This document shows positions 39,589 to 47,232 of a DNA stretch of 64,000 bases, piece after piece. Below the pieces are notes generated by a model, which saw nothing but the letters and a program-made list of their open reading frames with translations, had not been told where the DNA came from and searched no databases. The position numbers and the translations under genes were made by a program. The stretch lies in the NCBI GenBank assembly GCA_016209225.1, contig JACQWO010000009.1, positions 7,444-71,443 on the forward strand. The letters run 5' to 3'. Every line of letters starts with the position of its first letter. Positions within the stretch are counted from its first letter, which is position 1. This stretch comes from Desulfobacterales bacterium. GTDB taxonomy: Bacteria > Desulfobacterota > UBA8473.

Positions 39589-40524
39589 ATGATGAAGGAA
39601 ATTTTCTACCGGTTTTTAATCGCCCTGTCGAAGCGAATGGGACAGTGGGTGTTCCTGGTTATAGCCTGGGGCATTGCCTCCGGCTATTTTTTCCTTTTCC
39701 CGGGTAGGGTAGCCGTAAGCGTACGATTTTACAGGGCTCTCTTTCCGTCAAAGCGATGGTTACATCATCTCCGGTGCACGTGGAGGCAGTATCACCATTT
39801 TCCGCACGTATTTCTGGACAGGTTTTTACTATCCGATAACCATAATATTGCCATTGCCTATACCCAGGAAGGGTGGGAATATCTTGAGGATGCCGTAAAC
39901 AGGAAGATCGGCGGCATTATTCTCATGTCCCATGTAGGAACCTGGGAAATTGCCGCTCATTTGCTTCAGTCCAGGGGCCGGAATAATCCGGGGATGAAAC
40001 TGCTTCTCTACCTGGGACAAAAGCACAAAGAGCAGATTGAACGGATGCAGAAGGAGAGCCTTATCCGGAGCGGCGTGAAGATTATCGCCGTGGAACGGGA
40101 AGGGGGATCCCCTTTTGATGTTGTCGAAGGCATCAACTTTCTGAAGGCGGGCGGACTGGTTTCTCTGACGGGTGACCGTAAATGGCGTGAAGACCAGCGT
40201 TCCATACCTGTACGATTCCTGGGGCATGAGGCCTTCCTGCCGGAAACCCCCTTTGTCTTTGCCCTGCTGTCCGGCTCCCCTCTTTTCATCTTTTTTGCGT
40301 ATCGGACAGGCAGACATACATACCACGTTGAAATCATGCCGCCGGAATATGTCTGTGCGCAAGGACGCAAGGACAGACAGGACGCCATCAGAAGTGCGGC
40401 GCAGGCTTATGCCGAACGTCTTGAGGATACCGTACGGCAGCATCCCTTTGAATGGTACCATTTTGAACCCTTTCTCGGCCGGAAACTGGATGAAGAATGT
40501 CCGCACAACAATGGTCAAACATGA
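39589..40524 (+). CDS. Lipid A lauroyl (LpxL/HtrB)-like acyltransferase
   Basis: SHVGTWE, LTGDR, VRFLG, HPFEWYHF motifs. Confidence 0.8.
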   Translation: MMKEIFYRFLIALSKRMGQWVFLVIAWGIASGYFFLFPGRVAVSVRFYRALFPSKRWLHHLRCTWRQYHHFPHVFLDRFLLSDNHNIAIAYTQEGWEYLEDAVNRKIGGIILMSHVGTWEIAAHLLQSRGRNNPGMKLLLYLGQKHKEQIERMQKESLIRSGVKIIAVEREGGSPFDVVEGINFLKAGGLVSLTGDRKWREDQRSIPVRFLGHEAFLPETPFVFALLSGSPLFIFFAYRTGRHTYHVEIMPPEYVCAQGRKDRQDAIRSAAQAYAERLEDTVRQHPFEWYHFEPFLGRKLDEECPHNNGQT

Positions 40525-40575
40525 GATATATGGACAAAGTGACCGTGTTGGGAAGAAAATAGGAGAAGACCCAAA

Positions 40576-42120
40576 ATGATTATAGGAAAACTAATTGCGA
40601 GGAATGCAAAAAGGTATCCCAATAAGACCGCTGTGGTGTCTGGTGATTATGCTTTCACCTTTAAAGAGTTTAATGAAAGAGTAAATAAGCTGGCAAATAC
40701 CTTGGCTGACCTGGGAGTAAAGAAAGGAGACAGAATAGCAGCCTTATTGGACAACTGTCATCAATATGTGGAGTTATACTGTTCTGCACCCAAGGGTGGA
40801 TTTGTACTGGTACCCCTTAACTACATGTTAAGTGGGAAGGAACTGGCTTTTATTATAAATAATTCTGGTGCGAATACCCTTTTTCTGGGGGAAAAATATA
40901 TTGACACCATTAACTCCGTAAGAGGGGATTTAAAAGGAGTGAGACATTTCATCATCATTGGAACCCCTACCGAGGGGATGAGAAGCTACGAAGAGCTCAT
41001 TTCTCGATACCCGGCGGATGAACCCAAGGTGGATATTGGTGAGGATGATCTTGCCTATCTCTTATATACCAGTGGTACAACAGGTTTGCCAAAAGGGGTC
41101 ATGCATAGTCATAGGAGCATACTTGAGATCGTAATGCAGTATGTTATTTTGCCGGACCTAAAAAGAGACGATATTGATTTGATCACTATACCGCTCTATT
41201 GGGGGCCGTCTCTGCTTCTCCATATCTTACCTCATTTCTACGTGGGCTCAACGATCGTTGTCCTAAAGGAGTTCAATCCCGACGTTATCTTGAAGGCAAT
41301 CGAAACAGAAAAGGTATCAACTACCCTTATGCCGCCATCCTTCATCATCTCCCTCCTAAATCATCCGGGGATGGATCAGTATAACATCAGCAGCTTACGC
41401 TCTATTGTATTCGGTGGAGAGCCAATGCCGGTAGAGGTGCTTAAAAGGGCTATTGTGGTATTCGGTAATATATTCGCCCATGTATACGGACTTATGGAGA
41501 TAACGCCAGTAACCTATTTTCGTGAGGATGATTTGGTGCTTGATGGTCCCCCTGAAGTACTGAAAAGGGTGCAATCCTGTGGGAAAGAGGCGATCAATGT
41601 AGAAGTGAGGGTCGTAGATGAGAATGATAATGACGTAATTCCGGGAGAAGTTGGAGAGGTAATTGCTAAAGGCGATAATATGATGAAAGGATACTGGGAA
41701 CTGCCCCAGGCAACCGCAGAGACTATCAGAGGAGGTTATGTCTATACAGGAGATCTGGCTACTATAGACAAAGAGGGCTATATATATCTGGTTGGCAGGA
41801 AAAAGGATATTATTAACTCTAGTGGTAAGACTATCTATCCCGGAGATATTGAGGATGTTCTCTACAGACACTATTCTGTCTCCCAGGCGGCCGTAATAGG
41901 AGTGACTGATGCAAAGCTGGGTGAATCCGTAAAAGCGGTTGTAGTACTTAAAGAAGGAATGGAATCAACTGAAAATGAAATATTGGATTTTTGCAAGCAG
42001 AATATTGCAGCCCATGCCGTACCACAATCTGTAGAGTTTGTAAATGAATTACCAAGAAACCCATCGGGAAAGATACTGAAAAGGAAATTGAGGGAGAGAT
42101 ACGGCAAGGAAAAGAAATAG
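40576..42120 (+). CDS. Long-chain fatty-acid-CoA ligase
   Basis: YTSGTTGLPKG, YGLME, TGDL, PRNPSGKILK. Confidence 0.9.
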   Translation: MIIGKLIARNAKRYPNKTAVVSGDYAFTFKEFNERVNKLANTLADLGVKKGDRIAALLDNCHQYVELYCSAPKGGFVLVPLNYMLSGKELAFIINNSGANTLFLGEKYIDTINSVRGDLKGVRHFIIIGTPTEGMRSYEELISRYPADEPKVDIGEDDLAYLLYTSGTTGLPKGVMHSHRSILEIVMQYVILPDLKRDDIDLITIPLYWGPSLLLHILPHFYVGSTIVVLKEFNPDVILKAIETEKVSTTLMPPSFIISLLNHPGMDQYNISSLRSIVFGGEPMPVEVLKRAIVVFGNIFAHVYGLMEITPVTYFREDDLVLDGPPEVLKRVQSCGKEAINVEVRVVDENDNDVIPGEVGEVIAKGDNMMKGYWELPQATAETIRGGYVYTGDLATIDKEGYIYLVGRKKDIINSSGKTIYPGDIEDVLYRHYSVSQAAVIGVTDAKLGESVKAVVVLKEGMESTENEILDFCKQNIAAHAVPQSVEFVNELPRNPSGKILKRKLRERYGKEKK

Positions 42121-42136
42121 ATAACTTGAGGAGAAT

Positions 42137-43801
42137 ATGAAAAGAGAACAGTTAGTAATAATAGGCGGTGTTGCAGCAGGTATGAAGGCGGCTACCAGGG
42201 CTAGGAGGGTCAACCCAAATCTTAAGATAACCGTCTTTGAAGAAAAAGACTATGTATCGTATGCCGCATGTGGCCTTCCCTATTATACATCAGGGGTTGT
42301 TAAAGAACGAGAAGAACTTGTGCTTAGAACACCCGAGGACTTCATAATACCCTTTGATATTCAGGTACACACAAACCATCGGGTTACGAAGATAGACCCT
42401 CAAAATAATCAGATAACGGTCTTTGACCTAAAAGGGCGGAAGGAGATCGTCCAATATTATGATAAGCTTATTATTGCCACTGGAGCGAAACCCATTGTTC
42501 CACCTTTGCCAGGTGTTAACCTTTCAAGAATTTACACCATAAAGACTGTAGAAGACGCCTCTTCTATAAAAGATTACATTGGAAGGAAACAGACCAAAAA
42601 GGCCATAATTATTGGGGCAGGACTCATTGGATTGGAGATGGCTGAAAGTCTTGTTTCTCAGGGATTAGAAGTTACTATAGTGGAAATGATGAATCAAGTT
42701 CTTCCCCCATTAGATGAAGACATGGCATATCTTATTGAGAAACACCTGATTGAAAAAGGGGTGAATGTATCTAAAGAAAATCCGGTTGAAGCCTTTGAAG
42801 GAAATATTAAAGCAGGAGTGAAACAGGTAATAACAAAAAATGCCCGATTTGACGCGGACTTGGTAATTTTATCTATAGGAATAAGACCCAATACACAACT
42901 GGCACAGGAAGCCGGAGTTGCCTTAGGCGAAACCAGGGCCATTAAAGTTAACGAGAGGATGCTAACCAACATTCCTGAAATTTATGCTGCGGGAGATTGT
43001 TCTGAAACGTTTAGTCTGATAACTGGGAAACCGACATGGGTCCCCCTGGGCTCAACTGCTAATAAACAAGGACGGGTAGCAGGAGAAAATGCGGCAGGTG
43101 GTGATGCCTTCTTTAGAGGGGTATCAGGTACTATGATAGCCAAGGTATTCGACTACACCGTGGCAAAAACCGGCCTTTCAGAAAGAGAAGCTATGAAACA
43201 TGGATATGAGATAGAAAGGGCTATTATATACCCCAATTCCCATGCTCACTACTATACTGATGCCAAGGGAATGTTCTTTAAGATAATAGCAGAAAAGAAG
43301 TCCAACCGGGTATTGGGGGCACAGATAATTGGAGAAGATGGAGTAGATAAAAGGATTGACGTGATAGCATCTGCTATAGCCCAAAAAGCCACATTTGGAG
43401 ATTTACAAGGTTTAGATATGGCGTACGCCCCACCCTATTCACCTGCAGTAGATCCAGTAATAGTGGCGGGTTATGTCTTGTCAAATAAATCATTGGGGCT
43501 TCTAAAAGGTATGCCGGCAGATGAGTTAAAGAGGAAGTTAGACAGTGGCGAGAAGTTTACTCTTTTGGATGTCAGAGATGATGAGGAGTATAAGAAAGGT
43601 CATCTCCCTGGCGCCAAACACATACCCTTCAACGAACTTCGAGGAAGGATCGGAGAACTCGACCCAGATCAGGAGGTGATAATCTACTGCCTCCAAGGAC
43701 TCAGGAGCTACAACGCCATCAGGACCCTACAGGGAAAAGGTTTTACAAAAGTGATGAATCTGGATGGTGGTATCAACATGTGGAGGTGGAAGCTAGAGTA
43801 G
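42137..43801 (+). CDS. CoA-disulfide reductase / NADH oxidase with C-terminal rhodanese domain
   Basis: GGVAAG, SYAACGLPY (redox Cys), GAGLIG, AYAPPYS, LDVR...YCLQGLRS. Confidence 0.9.
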   Translation: MKREQLVIIGGVAAGMKAATRARRVNPNLKITVFEEKDYVSYAACGLPYYTSGVVKEREELVLRTPEDFIIPFDIQVHTNHRVTKIDPQNNQITVFDLKGRKEIVQYYDKLIIATGAKPIVPPLPGVNLSRIYTIKTVEDASSIKDYIGRKQTKKAIIIGAGLIGLEMAESLVSQGLEVTIVEMMNQVLPPLDEDMAYLIEKHLIEKGVNVSKENPVEAFEGNIKAGVKQVITKNARFDADLVILSIGIRPNTQLAQEAGVALGETRAIKVNERMLTNIPEIYAAGDCSETFSLITGKPTWVPLGSTANKQGRVAGENAAGGDAFFRGVSGTMIAKVFDYTVAKTGLSEREAMKHGYEIERAIIYPNSHAHYYTDAKGMFFKIIAEKKSNRVLGAQIIGEDGVDKRIDVIASAIAQKATFGDLQGLDMAYAPPYSPAVDPVIVAGYVLSNKSLGLLKGMPADELKRKLDSGEKFTLLDVRDDEEYKKGHLPGAKHIPFNELRGRIGELDPDQEVIIYCLQGLRSYNAIRTLQGKGFTKVMNLDGGINMWRWKLE

Positions 43802-43829
43802 TCCAACTTCCCATTCTTCCTGCCAAACA

Positions 43830-43984
43830 TGATGGCTTCGCAAAAAGTCCATCTGCGGCGTTACGCTGCACCCTTCGTCGTTGCGGCGTACCCCTAAGTA
43901 CGCCTCACTCCTTCGGATTTGCGCGCCTTGCATCTGGAGCTTTTTACTTTGCCATCCCAATTTTGACTTTTTACGAGTCCATCA
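43830..43984. mobile_element. ~155-bp MITE-like element, copy 2
   Basis: Same TIRs and core (GCGGCGTACCCCTAAGTACGCCTCACTCC) as 30975-31129. Confidence 0.8.
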
Positions 43985-44009
43985 TACTTTGGTGCCAAAT
44001 CTTTTACAA

Positions 44010-44264
44010 TCACCATTCTTTTATATCTGCTGGGGGCTCAATAGGCTGCACTTCAAACTCGTCCCTTAGATTATCTAATATTTCGGTTACTTCCCTTTCA
44101 AAATCCGGGGCTATTATTAGTTCAACCACACCTTCATGTGGATCTAATGTTCTCATCACTGCCATCCCATCATAGGCTTCAAGAATGAACTTTATGAACG
44201 CAATATTCTTTCTTTGAACCCTGAAATACCTTTCTATAGTCTTCAAGGAGTATACTACACACAA
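44010..44264 (-). CDS. DUF4911-like small protein
   Basis: IAFIKFILEAYDGMAVMRTLDP motif recalled as DUF4911. Confidence 0.65.
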   Translation of the reverse strand: MCVVYSLKTIERYFRVQRKNIAFIKFILEAYDGMAVMRTLDPHEGVVELIIAPDFEREVTEILDNLRDEFEVQPIEPPADIKEW

Positions 44265-44403
44265 TTCCTGTGATAGCTCTGAGAAGGGATATCTGAGAGC
44301 AAATTGATACTAGGGCGAAAAGGTACGCTTTTTTAGAACTTTTTTGTAACATCTCAATCCAAAATTTGCAACTCAAATCTGTATTCCCTTGTACGCTTAA
44401 TTC

Positions 44404-44432
44404 TTGACATTCTTAGAAGATGCCGGTAAGAT
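44404..44432 (+). promoter_or_regulatory. Sigma70-type promoter upstream of transposase remnant and MNT-HEPN
   Basis: TTGACA-17 nt-TAAGAT. Confidence 0.6.
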
Positions 44433-44439
44433 TTCAAGT

Positions 44440-44532
44440 ATGGCACGGATAGTAAGAGTCATCATACCGGATACACCTCACAATATTATCCAGCGGGGAA
44501 ACCGCCGGGAAAAAAGGAGAATATGGACATAA
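44440..44532 (+). pseudogene. N-terminal fragment of REP-associated (Y1/HUH) tyrosine transposase
   Basis: MARIVRVIIPDTPHNIIQRGNRREK* matches the typical RAYT start (MARxxRxxxPxxPHHxxQRGNRR). Confidence 0.65.
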
Positions 44533-44963
44533 AAGCATTAAAAAATTACTTTGAAAACCGCAAGGGCATTGCTTTTGCCTTTTTATTCGGCTCCTATGCA
44601 AGAGGCACGGCAACAAAGCTGTCTGATGTTGATATAGCGGTTTATTTTTATCCTGAAAAAAGGCATCCCATAGAGTATGAAGAAGATGTATTTTATAAGG
44701 GCGAGGATGAGATATGGTCAGATATCGAAAAGCTTCTTAAAAAAGAGGTTGAGATGCTCGTTTTAAACAGGGGTTCTTCGAGTGTAGCTGCAAGCGCTAT
44801 AAGAGGGATACCGCTTGCTATAAATGATTGGGGTCTTTATCTTGATTTTATGGAGGTTGTAACTGAAGCGGCCGAGGATTTCAGGGAAATGGTCTTTCGG
44901 GACTTTCTTGAAAGGATGAAATTTGAAAGAAGAGCTAAAGCAGAGATTACTGAAACACATTAG
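44523..44963 (+). CDS. mntA: Minimal nucleotidyltransferase antitoxin (MNT)
   Basis: FLFGSYARG...SDVDIAV (GS-x10-DxD). Confidence 0.85.
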   Translation: MDIKALKNYFENRKGIAFAFLFGSYARGTATKLSDVDIAVYFYPEKRHPIEYEEDVFYKGEDEIWSDIEKLLKKEVEMLVLNRGSSSVAASAIRGIPLAINDWGLYLDFMEVVTEAAEDFREMVFRDFLERMKFERRAKAEITETH

Positions 44964-45363
44964 TTTTCTGGAGGTTGAACTCCGGGATTATCAGAAATTC
45001 AGACAACTCACTAAGGCAGAATATCTTGATGATGTCGACAAGAGAAGGAACGTAGAACGCTGGGTAGAAAATATAATAAATTCGTCAATAGACATATCCA
45101 AGGTCATTCTTACGCTTGAAGGTAAAAGTCTGCCTGACAACTACAAAGAGATTGTGTCTTCCATTTCGGCGGTTAAGGAATTGAAGCTTGAATCAGCAGA
45201 CTTGCTCTCTCGCTGGGTGAAGTTCAGAAACATCATTTCCGATGAATACCTCGATATAAGATGGTCATCCATCAAGAAGTTCATCTCGGAAACAGAACCT
45301 TTCTATAAAGATCTTTTGAATAAGGTGCAATTATATCTTAAAAAGAAAATAGCAGACGACTAA
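44923..45363 (+). CDS. hepT: HEPN/DUF86 ribonuclease toxin, catalytic His apparently replaced by Asp
   Basis: VERWVENIINSSIDI, FRNIISDEY where the family has R-x4-H. Confidence 0.8.
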   Translation: MKEELKQRLLKHISFLEVELRDYQKFRQLTKAEYLDDVDKRRNVERWVENIINSSIDISKVILTLEGKSLPDNYKEIVSSISAVKELKLESADLLSRWVKFRNIISDEYLDIRWSSIKKFISETEPFYKDLLNKVQLYLKKKIADD

Positions 45364-45424
45364 GGGGTGTATGGTTAGATAATAGTTGTTGTAAGTCCCT
45401 AAACCCAAGGCACAAAGGGGCAAT

Positions 45425-45489
45425 TATGAAGGGCGTCTTTCTTGATTCCTGAGATTATAGGGAGCAAAGAGGAAGGCGCTTTTTTTGTT
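45425..45489 (+). terminator. Repeated hairpin plus T-run, copy 1
   Basis: GTCTTTCTTGATTCCTGAGATTATAGGGAGCAAAGAGGAAGGCGCTTTTTTT; near-copy at 46431-46494. Confidence 0.6.
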
Positions 45490-45606
45490 GAAGAATGGGC
45501 TTTTCGCTTAATAGTTTTTAGCGTAATCTATATTGATTTTTTATATTGTCATCGTATGCTTTCGCTGAATATAGAATAAGCATAAAAATGAATGTTCGAC
45601 GAAAAC

Positions 45607-45643
45607 TTGACAGCGTATGCATAGAATGTTAAGCTTATGCATA
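45607..45643 (+). promoter_or_regulatory. vapBC promoter with two TATGCATA palindromes (putative operator)
   Basis: TTGACA-17-TAAGCT; TATGCATA at 45616 and 45636. Confidence 0.6.
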
Positions 45644-45660
45644 TAATAAGGAGGCCAATT

Positions 45661-45864
45661 ATGAGAACAACGCTTGACATACCTGAAGACTTAATTGATG
45701 AGGCTATGAAAGCTACTAGAATTAATACAAAAACCAAAGTCATAATCACTGCCTTAGAAGATTTAATAAGAAAATCAAAGATATCCGGCTTGAAAGAATT
45801 CAAAGGCAAGATAAATTTGGACATTGACATGAATGCAATTAGAGGGCGTCAATGTCGGTACTAG
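45661..45864 (+). CDS. vapB: VapB-type antitoxin (DUF2191-like)
   Basis: MRTTLDIPEDLIDEAM...TKTKVIITAL; precedes PIN toxin with overlap. Confidence 0.85.
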   Translation: MRTTLDIPEDLIDEAMKATRINTKTKVIITALEDLIRKSKISGLKEFKGKINLDIDMNAIRGRQCRY

Positions 45865-46232
45865 TAGATACATCCATATGGATAGAATATTTCAGAAGTG
45901 GAAATAGGTCTGAAAGACTTGATTTCTTAATTGATGAAAACCTAATTGTTATTAACGATCTCATTCTTGCCGAATTAGTACCATCTTTGAGGGTTATCAA
46001 TCAACGAAAAATTATTAAATTATTGTATGATATAAACAAGTTAGAGTTATCCATTAATTGGAACCAGCTTATTGACTTCCAATTCAAGTGTTTGAAAAAT
46101 GGTTTAAACGGAATCGGCATCCCTGATCTTATTGTAGTCCAAAACGCGAAACAAAACCGCTGCCAAATTTATTCACATGATAACCATTTTAAACTCATGG
46201 AAGACATCCTTGAACTCCGGCTGTTGGTTTAA
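45852..46232 (+). CDS. vapC: PIN-domain toxin
   Basis: VLVDTSIWIEY, ILAEL, IPDLIV, YSHDNHF. Confidence 0.9.
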   Translation: MSVLVDTSIWIEYFRSGNRSERLDFLIDENLIVINDLILAELVPSLRVINQRKIIKLLYDINKLELSINWNQLIDFQFKCLKNGLNGIGIPDLIVVQNAKQNRCQIYSHDNHFKLMEDILELRLLV

Positions 46233-46304
46233 AAGAACCTACGCCGAACCTCAGCTTTGAGTAGGGTGCTCATTCCGTGGCGCTCTATTCGTATCTGGCA
46301 AGCC

Positions 46305-46436
46305 CCGGAAGATTTTATGTGCTAATTGACCAAAGAAGAATTTGACTACTTGAAATCGCAAATTGCGACATCAAGTTATGATTGGAGTAGTCGACGAAAA
46401 CTATCATTGGTTTTTGCAGAACATGGCGCCATGCAG
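46305..46436 (+). pseudogene. ORF6N-domain protein remnant
   Basis: PEDFMC*LTKEEFDYLKSQIATSS...RRKLSLVFAEHGAM resembles the ORF6N motif FPEDFMFQL...FTEHG with an internal TAA. Confidence 0.6.
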
Positions 46437-46494
46437 GGGTCTTTCTTTAGTTCCTGAGATTACAGGGAGCAAAGAGAAAGGGCGTTTTTTTGTT
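46431..46494 (+). terminator. Repeated hairpin plus T-run, copy 2
   Basis: GTCTTTCTTTAGTTCCTGAGATTACAGGGAGCAAAGAGAAAGGGCGTTTTTTT. Confidence 0.6.
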
Positions 46495-46532
46495 TTAATC
46501 CTAAATATATTCTTATAATAAAGAGGTTTAAA

Positions 46533-46988
46533 ATGAATTCCAGCAGCAAACACAGGACAAAAAATTTCCTATTATGTTCACTCAGTATCTTGATGGTCTT
46601 ACTTTCCCCTCACATCTCAATAGCTAAGCAGGTAACCTTTGAAAGAGAATATACCTATCAGGCGAGTGAAGCTGACAGCAAACTTTCATGCAGGGCTATT
46701 GCGTTAGAGCAGGTAAAAAGGCTGCTTTTAGAGGAATTGGGGACATATCTTGAGAGCAGGACAGAGGTAAAGGATTTTAAGCTGACAAAGGACCAGATTA
46801 TAACCCTTACAGCAGGGATAGTAAGGACAGAGATAGAAAAAGAGACATGGGATGGTAAGGCATTCTGGTTGAAGGCCAAGATTGAAGCTGACCCTGATGA
46901 GGTAATAAGGTCCGTTGATTCTTTACGAAAAGACCATCAGAAGACAAAGGAGCTTGAGGAGACGAGGAGAAAAGCAGCGAGAGCTTAG
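46533..46988 (+). pseudogene. Secreted protein, probably C-terminally truncated at the island-border inverted repeat
   Basis: Signal peptide plus REYTYQASEADSK domain; TAG stop coincides with first base of the 46988 inverted repeat. Confidence 0.5.
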
Positions 46989-47066
46989 GGACGTTGTTTC
47001 TAAACAATAAATTACTTGACAGGCAGTCGATTCTTCTATAAAAATCATAAATAGAAACAACGTCTC
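46988..47066. repeat. 79-bp element bounded by 15-bp inverted repeats enclosing TTGACA
   Basis: GGGACGTTGTTTCTA (46988-47002) vs TAGAAACAACGTCTC (47052-47066), one mismatch. Confidence 0.7.
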
Positions 47067-47232
47067 TAAAGGCCCTAAAGGCCTTCCTGGTGACCCCATT
47101 CCTGTTGTGTAACGAAAGGGGGGTTGGATCAAGGAAAGGGGCAGAGAGAGCAATATCGTTAGAGTTATGTGCACGTTCTGCACCAACCCCCCCATCCCCT
47201 TATGCATGGTGTGAATCTGAGGTCATTTCGAG

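Noticed and set aside
1205-40518. Many antisense or alternate-frame ORFs of 60-230 aa overlapping the cluster genes
   Set aside because: Shadow ORFs of GC-rich coding sequence, fully overlapping well-supported genes and lacking motifs.
536-40524. Calling the cluster a ladderane or a standard aryl polyene pathway
   Set aside because: Ladderanes are established only in anammox Planctomycetota and their pathway is unproven. The rSAM content departs from characterised APE clusters. The product cannot be named from sequence.
43780-44175. ORF-track 131-aa and 62-aa ORFs
   Set aside because: They read through the MITE and antisense to the DUF4911-like gene; no protein features.
45425-46494. Integron attC sites
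   Set aside because: No RYYYAAC/GTTRRRY core pair recognised and no integrase in the window; T-runs fit terminators.
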